Source: Calditrichota bacterium | GTDB taxonomy: Bacteria > Electryoneota > AABM5-125-24 > Hatepunaeales > Hatepunaeaceae | NCBI GenBank assembly: GCA_016867835.1 | Contig: VGIQ01000002.1 | Span: 2,953 to 66,952, forward strand | Length of the DNA: 64,000 nt | Direction: 5' to 3' | Made by a program: the position numbers and the translations under genes | Part shown: piece after piece, positions 55,262 to 63,460 of the stretch | Layout: every line of letters starts with the position of its first letter | How positions within the stretch are numbered: position 1 is the first letter of the stretch | The notes under the pieces: model-generated | Told to the model about the DNA's origin: nothing | Database searches by the model: none | Seen by the model: the letters and a program-made list of their open reading frames with translations, nothing else

Positions 55262-57706
55262 TCAGCGCATCAAAACGGCCTTTACGGTGCGGGAATGGGA
55301 GCCGGTTTGAAGGCGGAGGAAAAAGATGCCGGAGGGAAGTGTGAAAGTGCTAAAGTGCGAAAGTGCGAAAGTATGGCTCCCGGGGGATAGCGGGCCGTCG
55401 TGGAGGCGGAGGATTTCCCGGCCGTCTATCGCGTAGAGGCCGATCCGGACGGGCATGAGACCCCCCACCTGCGCTCTTGGAGGGCGGACATTCTTGTCCG
55501 CCCTTAGGGCAGGCAAAAATGCCTGCCCTCCAAGATCAACTGTCACCGTCGCCTTATCGTTAAACGGATTAGGAGCAATCGTAAGCGAGAGTGGCGCGTC
55601 ATCCCCGCTTCCCCCCTCGTCATCCCCGCTTCCCGCCTCGTCATCCCCGCGCAAGCGGGGATCCAGTCCAGCACTTAGAGAATGGACATAGACAACCCAA
55701 ACTTGCACATCCTCCTCCCATTCTTCCTCGCCGACCTGCTCCCGCGCATACCCACTTACTATGTATCTGCCCGTGTCTTGAAATGAAATGGACAAAGTGG
55801 ACTCGATGGACATAGTGTCGGCTTCATTCAGCGTCCACCAGAACTGAATCGAGTCGTTGTTGGCATTGAAGGGAGTTAATTCGAAGGTCGTTTCCTGACG
55901 AGGCTCGAGGGAGATTTCAGCGAGATTCGGCTCATAAGCCCGAATGACTCCCCGCACCTGAATCGCCCATTGGACGGAATCGGCCGGCACGGGATCGACG
56001 TTCGGATCGAAGACCTTTGCTTTCAGAGCATAGCCACCCGTCCGGTCGAACGCGTAGGACCGGATTCCGATCCGGTCATCCCCTGCCACTTCCTCCCACC
56101 TCACCGCCGCTGAGTCGTAAATCATCCACTCATATCGCAGATTCTCCATATCTCCGATGTAGGCAATGGAGTCGAGGGCGAAGTCGATCTCGCTGTTGCG
56201 CTGAACGGTGAGGGATAGATGCTCAGGTGTGTACTCCACTATCAAAAGTTCCATAACAGCAACATTCCATCCAATGACGCGTGATTGCTCGCCGGAAGTA
56301 ACCCGGCACTCTATTCGTGTTTGTCCCAGTTCATCAAATTGAATGGTTGCTGATGAATCGCGATCGATCACCTGCCCAGCAGCATTCCGCCATAGATAGG
56401 ATATGGCCGCACCATTCTGGTTTCGCGCCTGCACAGCAAACGTCTGGCGCGTGCCAATCAACAGCGACAGCGTCGTATCGCGCGGTGACCATGAAATGAA
56501 CTGGGGGCCAATGACTTCGCGCTCTAATTTGATCAGCAGCCCGTTCTTGCCCTCGTTGTTGCGCTCAAAGGTGGCGGTGCCGGCACCATAGAGCGACCCA
56601 TCGCTGCCCTGAATGACCCCGCCGAAAGAATGTGACCGCCCTACCCCCTGTCCAAACCCGTTTTCGGGAAGCAGAAAGTATATTTCCTTCCAAAGTTCGT
56701 CGCCGTTGGGGCCGATACGGACTACTGCCGGGTGATGGGTGTCGCCTTGATCGCGCGGGAACCAGAAAAATCCCGCCAATATAAAGCCGCCTTCGGCTAC
56801 CCGTGCTGCCGCATTACATTGATCCATACCCCATAGTTGGCGATTGGCAAAACTGTAGCGGCGTCCCCACATTAGGTCGCCGTTGCTATCGACCAGAACC
56901 GCAGCCATATCTATTGGCTCCGGCTGTCCTCTATTATCGCCGGTAAAACCGGCGATCAGGAACTGGCCCTGGCCGGTGGAAGTCATGGTCATAGATAAGT
57001 TACTGACGTCAATCCGATAGGAATTCCACCAGATCACTTCGCCATTATCGGATCTTATTTTGAAGGCCAAGAACTGGTATCCGGGCACATTTTCAATAAG
57101 CACATCACCTCCGACAATCACTCCATCTTCGGCTTCTCGCAGGCCCACAAGATGATGTCGTGTTCCTAACGAATACTCCCGCTCCCAGATCAACTCTCCT
57201 TCACCATCGATACAAATGACCACGCCAAGATAATCGCCATTTTCAATACTGGTTATGAGAAACCGGCCATCCTTCAATTCAATTATTGCGGTTCCTCGTC
57301 CTCGACGAAATGTTCGAAACCAGATCTCCTCACCATCAGAATCTACCCGCATAACTGCAATACGATTACTGCGATCTCTATTTTCACCTATGCCAGCGCA
57401 GGCTAGGAAGTCGCCATTATCCGCCTCGATGACACTTGCCAAACTTCTCAAACCGCCCTCCGCCTCATATTGTCTATCCCATATAATTTGCCCATCATCG
57501 TCGAGTCTAAGCAATCGGCCGCAACGAACGCTGTTTCCATTGGTCGCATATCCGCTCATTATCAGACCATCGTTTGGCACAGAATAGACATCCAAAATGC
57601 CGTCATCTCCTCCCGAGTCATACATCCGCATCCATAAGGGATTTGGCTGACCAAAAGAGGCGAATGCCGTCAGGATTACAACGAATATTGAGGTATGGAC
57701 TTTCAT
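55262..57706 (-). CDS. Secreted SBBP-type beta-propeller plus Ig/PKD-like domain protein with a T9SS C-terminal domain carrying an internal insertion.
   Basis: The ATG at 57704-57706 gives the MKVHTSIFVVILTAFASFGQ signal peptide. The track ORF starts 120 nt upstream. Repeats of DG..(I/L)..GYT.......D..IW..Y type (DGLIMSGYATNGNS...DDDGQIIWDRQY; DGRFLITSIENGD...GEGELIWEREY; ...) form the propeller. Ig-like domains follow, then an acidic GSGDDE linker. The CTD APNPFNDKATVTVDL-[GGQAFLPALRADKNVRPPRAQVGGLMP]-VRIGLYAIDGREILRLHDG...GIFFLRLQTGSHSRTVKAVLMR contains a ~27-aa insertion relative to the other CTDs in this window. Confidence 0.65.
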   Translation of the reverse strand: MKVHTSIFVVILTAFASFGQPNPLWMRMYDSGGDDGILDVYSVPNDGLIMSGYATNGNSVRCGRLLRLDDDGQIIWDRQYEAEGGLRSLASVIEADNGDFLACAGIGENRDRSNRIAVMRVDSDGEEIWFRTFRRGRGTAIIELKDGRFLITSIENGDYLGVVICIDGEGELIWEREYSLGTRHHLVGLREAEDGVIVGGDVLIENVPGYQFLAFKIRSDNGEVIWWNSYRIDVSNLSMTMTSTGQGQFLIAGFTGDNRGQPEPIDMAAVLVDSNGDLMWGRRYSFANRQLWGMDQCNAAARVAEGGFILAGFFWFPRDQGDTHHPAVVRIGPNGDELWKEIYFLLPENGFGQGVGRSHSFGGVIQGSDGSLYGAGTATFERNNEGKNGLLIKLEREVIGPQFISWSPRDTTLSLLIGTRQTFAVQARNQNGAAISYLWRNAAGQVIDRDSSATIQFDELGQTRIECRVTSGEQSRVIGWNVAVMELLIVEYTPEHLSLTVQRNSEIDFALDSIAYIGDMENLRYEWMIYDSAAVRWEEVAGDDRIGIRSYAFDRTGGYALKAKVFDPNVDPVPADSVQWAIQVRGVIRAYEPNLAEISLEPRQETTFELTPFNANNDSIQFWWTLNEADTMSIESTLSISFQDTGRYIVSGYAREQVGEEEWEEDVQVWVVYVHSLSAGLDPRLRGDDEAGSGDDEGGSGDDAPLSLTIAPNPFNDKATVTVDLGGQAFLPALRADKNVRPPRAQVGGLMPVRIGLYAIDGREILRLHDGPLSPGSHTFALSHFSTFTLPSGIFFLRLQTGSHSRTVKAVLMR
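55474..55534. repeat. Compound palindromic (REP/MITE-like) element lying in frame inside the T9SS CTD coding sequence of 55262..57706.
   Basis: The outer stem is CTTGGAGGG...CCCTCCAAG (55476-55484 / 55525-55533). It encloses two hairpins: GGGCGGACA-ttct-TGTCCGCCC and AGGGCAGGCA-aaaa-TGCCTGCCCT. The GGGCAGG/CCTGCCC stem type also forms the terminator at 55128-55152. Confidence 0.55.
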
Positions 57707-57776
57707 GATGGTGATGTGCTTGATTGTGCAGTCGGGCGGGCGGGGGGCGCCCTTGGCTCCCCGCCCGCCTGTTTGC

Positions 57777-58199
57777 TTACTGACGTTCTTCGACTTTCCA
57801 GTCGAATGTCTGCGGATCCGTAGCATCGTAGGTCTGCAAATCGCCTTCTGGCTCGAAGCCGGTATAGAGACCGGAGGCGGTCAGCCGTACTTGCCAGCGG
57901 TACGAAACAGATTGGAAGTCAGCGTAGTAATCAGCCTCGATCTGAGTTGCATAGACCCAGTCGCCCCAAACACCTGGCGCGACTTCTATACGAAACTGGA
58001 CCGAGGCGTCATACTGGCCGACCCACTCTTCGTCAATTAACTCGAGAATTCGAGTCTGCAGCCGAACTGCCTGAGCATCGGATGGTGCTAGCAGTCCTAC
58101 AATAAGCAGAATTGCCGAAGCAATGAATGTGATGCGACGTAGTGTCACTGTGGAATCTCCGTTGATTGTCGTTGATGAGATTGCCTCGCCTGTCTGCAA
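57777..58199 (-). CDS. Small secreted protein of unknown function.
   Basis: 140 aa. The hydrophobic segment ITFIASAILLIVGLLAPSDAQA looks like a signal peptide. The start may be an internal GTG. I recognised no known domain. It lies 71 nt upstream of the SBBP propeller gene. Confidence 0.35.
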   Translation of the reverse strand: MQTGEAISSTTINGDSTVTLRRITFIASAILLIVGLLAPSDAQAVRLQTRILELIDEEWVGQYDASVQFRIEVAPGVWGDWVYATQIEADYYADFQSVSYRWQVRLTASGLYTGFEPEGDLQTYDATDPQTFDWKVEERQ

Positions 58200-58572
58200 C
58201 AGGCTCGCGATGACGTTGCGTCATCGCCGGATCAAACGACTACCTTACGGCGGAGCGCGGCTTCGCTGCCGTCTTAGGCGTGAGCGGCATCGCCCTCCCC
58301 CGAGTCAGGTGGAATGGGGAAGTCGAAGTTGTCGATGATGATGACGGGATCGGGATCCCGTCCAAAGCAGGGAAGGAAGAGCATCGGCGTCGGACTTAGG
58401 AATCTGCCTTAAGGAACAGTGATAGCGTCAGGTCTTAAGCAATCGTCGAAGTCCGCAAGCGGGCAGTGCAGGTCAGGATAAGATAAGCAGCAACGTGTCG
58501 ATTTGCAAGAAGATACGAGAGGAGGTTGACGTTGTTGGAGCCGGGCTAATTGGTGCGGTCGCTCCTTGCTCC

Positions 58573-59784
58573 TCAGCGCATCGCCACATCCTGCCCGCGC
58601 AAGGCCTCCATTCCAAACTGGAGCGCACTCAACAGGTGCCGTTCTTCCCGCTCGTCACCGCGCTTGCGAGCCTCGGCGATCATCGTCCGCAGACGTTCCA
58701 CAAAGAGGCCTTCGGCGGTGCGGGGATTGGGATCTGAGTTGTCGTCGAGCGAAAAGTCGGCGGTCACGGCGCTGTCGTCCACCCTCAAGTGCCAGCAAGC
58801 GCTCTGGAGAAAGTCGTCGGAGAGGTCGATCCGGCTGCCGGGGGGATAGCGACCTTCCAACTCGACGAGGCAGATGTCCTCGCGGCGGACATGGGCGTCC
58901 TGAAGCGACTTCTCAATTCGTTCCTGAACGGCTGCAGAATGGGCTGCGCCATCGAGCGATACCACAAGCCTAACGATGCGGCGGGTATCGAGTTCCCGGA
59001 AGCGAAGTTCGTCCGGCACAACGCCGCCCGGTCGAACGAGACCGACCAGGCAGCCGCGCTCGCCCGGCTCGTCGATGGTTAAGGCAGCGGCAGCCCCCGG
59101 ATAAGCCGCCCGCACCCGGCCTTGCGAGTCGTGGATGACGGAATGACTGTGATAATGCCCTAACGCAGCATAGTCGAAGTTGTGACGGAGAAGTTCCTCG
59201 TCGGAAAAGGGCAGCGTCCGCTTCTTGCCGGGAGGCAGGCTCCCGCCGTCGCGCGAGCCATGCAGAACCGCAATATGGAGCGCTCCATCGGGCCGGTCGA
59301 TGTTTTCGGCCAACCGACGGCTCTGCACCAACTGGTTGCTGTGAAACGCCAGGCCGCTGAAGACGACGCCCTGTAGTTCCGGAAACGTCCGGGGGGTGAA
59401 GTCGTAGTCGCGAAAAATGTGGATATTGTCCGGCCACCTGTGGCCGGTGCGCGCTTCGAGGAGGCTGTCGCTGTAGTAACTGGCGGGGTGATAATAGTCG
59501 TGATTGCCGGGCGCGATGACGACCGGCAGTCCGGCGCGGCCGAGATAATCGACGACGACCAGGGCTTCCTCCTGGCCGGAGCCTTCCTCCCAGAGGTCTC
59601 CGGCGATGAGGATTACCTGGACCGATTCCTCGCGCGCGATCTCGACCGTTCGCCGCAGAACCTCGCGCAGTTCACGGGCTCGCACCTGAGCCTTATCGTA
59701 AGGAAGGCGCAGGCGCCCGCCGACGGTGTCGGCGCCGAGGTGCAGATCGGCAAGGTGCAGGAATTTCAGGGAGTCAAGGGGCAT
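58573..59784 (-). CDS. SbcD/Mre11-family metallophosphoesterase nuclease (YhaO/SbcF-like).
   Basis: MPLDSLKFLHLADLHLG is calcineurin-like phosphoesterase motif I. ILIAGDLWE is motif II. VIAPGNHD is motif III. The phosphoesterase core is complete, including AVLHGS and LGHYH. Confidence 0.8.
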   Translation of the reverse strand: MPLDSLKFLHLADLHLGADTVGGRLRLPYDKAQVRARELREVLRRTVEIAREESVQVILIAGDLWEEGSGQEEALVVVDYLGRAGLPVVIAPGNHDYYHPASYYSDSLLEARTGHRWPDNIHIFRDYDFTPRTFPELQGVVFSGLAFHSNQLVQSRRLAENIDRPDGALHIAVLHGSRDGGSLPPGKKRTLPFSDEELLRHNFDYAALGHYHSHSVIHDSQGRVRAAYPGAAAALTIDEPGERGCLVGLVRPGGVVPDELRFRELDTRRIVRLVVSLDGAAHSAAVQERIEKSLQDAHVRREDICLVELEGRYPPGSRIDLSDDFLQSACWHLRVDDSAVTADFSLDDNSDPNPRTAEGLFVERLRTMIAEARKRGDEREERHLLSALQFGMEALRGQDVAMR

Positions 59785-59804
59785 AAGGGATGATTTACCG
59801 AAAG

Positions 59805-60560
59805 TTAGACTCCAAATACTTCAGAATAGAGCTGCTTTCGAGCTTGATCTTGTTCCAATTCGGCATAAATCTCGGTGATTTTTTCATAAGATAGAAAATT
59901 GACATTTGGACCAATGATGCGATACGCCTCCTTTCGTTTCTCAGATTCGAACTTTCTAAAACGATCTTGCGGTGCGACAACATTGAACTGAGTCCTAAAA
60001 TAGCGCAACTCGTCGAATTTGAGAAGAGCAGACCGAAAATCCGTTGAATGTTCGACTTCAAATATACTAATTGGATAAAGTATTGGAGGTGGATTCGAAC
60101 GAGCATCTTGGAACCAGATTACATCAAAAAATCGCGCCGACCTATCGATGATTTCATCATAAGTGAATCGAGGGCACTCGCGAACGGTGCATATATTAGC
60201 CAGTGATTTGCCATTGAATTTCTTAGACTTATCATTCGAGTATGTCTTGAACCCTTTAAACTCACCCAGTTCGAGGAGCATTCCCTGAATGTGAGTGTGT
60301 TGAAATTCCTTAAATGCAATTTGTTCGACTGGCACTGGCTCTGACACAAACGAATGCTTGGCAAGTGCATACACTCCTACTCCAATTCGCTTAAATCTTG
60401 GATCGCGCTGAACGCGCTCTTGTATAGTCTTATCTGGAGTTTTGCCTGTAAGCGAACGATATTTGAGGAATTCTTGATAGATTAATCGCAAAGATGCAAA
60501 TCCGCCATTTTCTAGCATCACTCGTTCAATGGCATCTGAGTAACTGATAGTGTTTTTCAC
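59805..60560 (-). CDS. Low-GC gene encoding an N-terminal HARE-HTH-like winged helix fused to a putative nuclease-like (PD-(D/E)xK-like?) domain.
   Basis: GTG start 2 nt after the SbcC-like stop, with a GGAGG RBS. SYSDAIERVMLENGGFASLRLIYQEFLKY...DPRFKRIGVGVYALAKH matches the HARE-HTH pattern ending F.R.G.G.Y.L. The C-terminal half has FDVIWFQD...ILYPISIFEVEHSTDFRSALLKF as a candidate catalytic beta-strand pair. Gene GC is ~42% versus ~65% in the flanks. Confidence 0.45.
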   Translation of the reverse strand: MKNTISYSDAIERVMLENGGFASLRLIYQEFLKYRSLTGKTPDKTIQERVQRDPRFKRIGVGVYALAKHSFVSEPVPVEQIAFKEFQHTHIQGMLLELGEFKGFKTYSNDKSKKFNGKSLANICTVRECPRFTYDEIIDRSARFFDVIWFQDARSNPPPILYPISIFEVEHSTDFRSALLKFDELRYFRTQFNVVAPQDRFRKFESEKRKEAYRIIGPNVNFLSYEKITEIYAELEQDQARKQLYSEVFGV

Positions 60561-60562
60561 GG

Positions 60563-63448
60563 TTACCCCTCCACCCCTTTGAGTTCGATCCTTCTCACCC
60601 GATCCTCAAACAGTCCGCCCATCTGTTCCCCCAGCCAGCGGTGACGCTCCTCGTGGCAGGACATCACCAGCACCTGATGCTGGCGCGAGAGTGAGTTGAG
60701 AAAGAAGCGCATTCCGGAGATGAACTTATCGTCATCGACCGCGGCGAGCGGCTCGTCGAGCACCACCGGCATCGGCCCGACCGCCGAACGGGAAAGGTAG
60801 CGGGCTATGCCGAGCCGGGCCGCAAGGAAGACCTCGTCGCGCGCCCCGGTTGAGAGGACGGCTTCGACCTCGTGAGATGAATGGCGCTTGCCGGTCGCCG
60901 TATCGAGGACCGTAAAGGTGAGATGCTCGTCGAATTTCAGTTCGCTGTAACGGGGGTTCAGCGCGACCAGAAAAGGCGCGGCCTCTTCCGACAGCGCCGT
61001 CGCCCAGTTTCGATAGACCTCGCGCGAGATATCCGATAGCACTTGCAGCGCGGTCTCGACGTCCGAACGAAAGGTCTCTATGCGCTCGATCCGGTCTTCC
61101 CAATCCGCTGCCTTGCGTTTAAGGATACCGTAATTCCCTTCGTAACGGTCGAGGACTGTGACCACTGCGCGTTCGAGCGATCGTCGCTCCTCTTCGAGAC
61201 TCTTGGTATGTCGGTTAGCATTATCGGCCGCTTCCTGATAGAACTCGCGCGAATGCGGCGGAACCGGCGGAACGTTGTCGAATTTGGCGCGGAGTTGCGA
61301 AAGACGCTCGCGTTTGGCAGCCAGATCGACCTCCGGAAGTTGTTCACGCTCGATACGAGGCTGCAGTTCGGTCCGGACGGTGCGCAGGCGGTGATGCTTG
61401 TCGAGTGCCGACTTAAACGTGGCGACGGCTTCGGCCGGCGGCAGGGATGGGTCGATACTGCCGAGGCGGAGGATTTCCTCAAAGAGCGCCCGATTCGCTG
61501 AGAGGTCCGATTTCAGCCGCTCGATGTCGCGCTCGATTTCGTCGCGTCGTGCTTTGGCGGTCTTGAATTCCTCCGACAGGCGAACCGCCTTGCGGTAGCG
61601 CTCGAGCAACGATTCGGCTGCCGCCTTGAGAGCGCTTCGTTCGGGAAAGGTGAGGCCGGCCCGGTCGAAGAACTTGCGCAGGAGATCGGCGGCGGCGGAT
61701 GCCTCACCGGAGGCGCGCTCGACAGCATTCTCAGCCGTCAACAGCGGTTCGACGGCATCGGACATCTGATCGTAGAACAGATAGTCGTTCATTAACCCGG
61801 TGCCGTCAGGCTCGCCCAGGCGAACGGCGAGGTCGGTCAGGTCGCGCGTTATCTGTTCGAGGCGGGATCCGGACTCCTCCTCTTCGGTCATCGCTTCGCC
61901 GAGGTCTTCGTTCAGTTTACGCAGGGCAGCAGCATCGGCGCCTCCGCCCGAAGCACCCCGGGCGATAGCGCCCGCCGCACCGAAGAAGACCCCTAGGCCG
62001 GCCAGAACCTGTCCGAGCCATTCGCCCTTGGTGAGCAGAATGAGTGCACCGCCCGTAAGGACGGTAATCGCTGCCAGCAGGAAGAACGTCCGGGCGGTCG
62101 CGGCGACGCGCTTCTGACGGGTAATGATAAGGCTTCGCTCGCGCTCGACCCACTCTCGCCGGGTGCGCTGTTCGCGAAACTTGCCGTCCACCTCGGCATA
62201 GAGAGCTCGAAAGGACTCGACGAAGCGCTTTTCGTCAGCAGTTAAACTACCGAATAGAGCCTTCAGCCGGGTGAACTGCTCGCGGTCGAGACCTCGTTCG
62301 TCGAGGCTTGACCGGAGGCGGTTCAATTCCCTATCGGCATCGTTCAACCGTTCGAGGCGGTCACCCAACCGCGAGACGGCGCTATCGAGTTCCCTTAGGT
62401 CGCTCTCGCCAACCCCGGCGAGCGTGCGTTCGTCCTGCAGCGCCTTCTCCACCTTCTCAAGCGGTGCGATGCCTTCGCTCGCGAGCCTCTCTTCGGCGCG
62501 GACGGCATCGGCGGATTTTTGAGCGATGAGACCTTCAAGGCTGATGAGTTGGTCGGCGCGGGCAGCCGGGAATTGCTCGAAAAGCGTTAACTCGCTCGCC
62601 TCGACGGCAAGCCGGGCCGCCTCGGCGGCGAGGGCATCCTGCTTTTCGAGGAGTAGCGACGATTCGCGAATCTCGGCCGCGTCGCCGTTTTTCAGAGCCT
62701 CGGTTTGCGTCTGCCGGAGCGTTTCAAGCGACGTCTCGATCTCGCGCATGCGGGCGATTTGCGGCTCTATGGACGCGCGCTGATGGTCCAGGGTGGCGAT
62801 TTCGCGGCGGACGCTGTCGAGTTCCTCTTGGAGCCGTTTGAGGGCAGTTTCAACCTTTACGGACGGGCTGTTGCGGGTGATGTCAGGAATGCGGTCGAGG
62901 GCGCCGCGAAGCCGTTCGATGGCCTGACCGGAAGTGGTGCCGCCTTCGATGGAGGTCGCGACCTGCTGGATGTGATGAGTCAGGTCGCCCGGCTCGGTTA
63001 GGGTAAGTTGCTCGTCCTGCCGGAGGTAGAACGATTTGAGAAACGACTCCACCGAGAGGCCGAGCAGTTTTTCGCCGATTTGGTAGCGTCCCTTGCCGAT
63101 GTGAAATTCGTCGGCGAGATCGCGGCCGGAATCGCGGTCGATAAGGCGAACATCACCGGAAGCGAAGTCGCGCTCGATGCGCCAACGCTGGGTGCCAAGA
63201 TAAAAGTCGAGTTCGACGCCGAACTCGTCGGGGTCAGTCCATGGTGTTACTTGACGCTTATGGGGACGTTTACTGCTCGTTTTCCCCATATGTTCCTCGA
63301 TGCCGTAGAAGGCGGCGAGGATTGCGGCGACAAGGGTGGACTTGCCGGCTTCGTTGTCAGCGACGGCGAGGTTGAGCCGGTCGGGGGCGAAGTCGATCCG
63401 GGTGCGCAGGCAGCCGAAGCCGCGGATGTTCAGGGATTCAAGGTGCAT
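60563..63448 (-). CDS. SbcC/Rad50-family AAA ATPase (YhaN/SbcE-like, 961 aa).
   Basis: MHLESLNIRGFGCLRT...AVADNEAGKSTLVAAILAAFYG carries Walker A. About 700 aa of coiled coil follow. The C-terminus has VVLDEPLAAVDDDKFISGMRFFLNSLSRQHQVLVMSCHEE with Walker B and the D-loop. Its length and architecture match Bacillus YhaN-type partners of Mre11-like YhaO. Confidence 0.8.
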   Translation of the reverse strand: MHLESLNIRGFGCLRTRIDFAPDRLNLAVADNEAGKSTLVAAILAAFYGIEEHMGKTSSKRPHKRQVTPWTDPDEFGVELDFYLGTQRWRIERDFASGDVRLIDRDSGRDLADEFHIGKGRYQIGEKLLGLSVESFLKSFYLRQDEQLTLTEPGDLTHHIQQVATSIEGGTTSGQAIERLRGALDRIPDITRNSPSVKVETALKRLQEELDSVRREIATLDHQRASIEPQIARMREIETSLETLRQTQTEALKNGDAAEIRESSLLLEKQDALAAEAARLAVEASELTLFEQFPAARADQLISLEGLIAQKSADAVRAEERLASEGIAPLEKVEKALQDERTLAGVGESDLRELDSAVSRLGDRLERLNDADRELNRLRSSLDERGLDREQFTRLKALFGSLTADEKRFVESFRALYAEVDGKFREQRTRREWVERERSLIITRQKRVAATARTFFLLAAITVLTGGALILLTKGEWLGQVLAGLGVFFGAAGAIARGASGGGADAAALRKLNEDLGEAMTEEEESGSRLEQITRDLTDLAVRLGEPDGTGLMNDYLFYDQMSDAVEPLLTAENAVERASGEASAAADLLRKFFDRAGLTFPERSALKAAAESLLERYRKAVRLSEEFKTAKARRDEIERDIERLKSDLSANRALFEEILRLGSIDPSLPPAEAVATFKSALDKHHRLRTVRTELQPRIEREQLPEVDLAAKRERLSQLRAKFDNVPPVPPHSREFYQEAADNANRHTKSLEEERRSLERAVVTVLDRYEGNYGILKRKAADWEDRIERIETFRSDVETALQVLSDISREVYRNWATALSEEAAPFLVALNPRYSELKFDEHLTFTVLDTATGKRHSSHEVEAVLSTGARDEVFLAARLGIARYLSRSAVGPMPVVLDEPLAAVDDDKFISGMRFFLNSLSRQHQVLVMSCHEERHRWLGEQMGGLFEDRVRRIELKGVEG

Positions 63449-63460
63449 TTAGGGCGGTGC

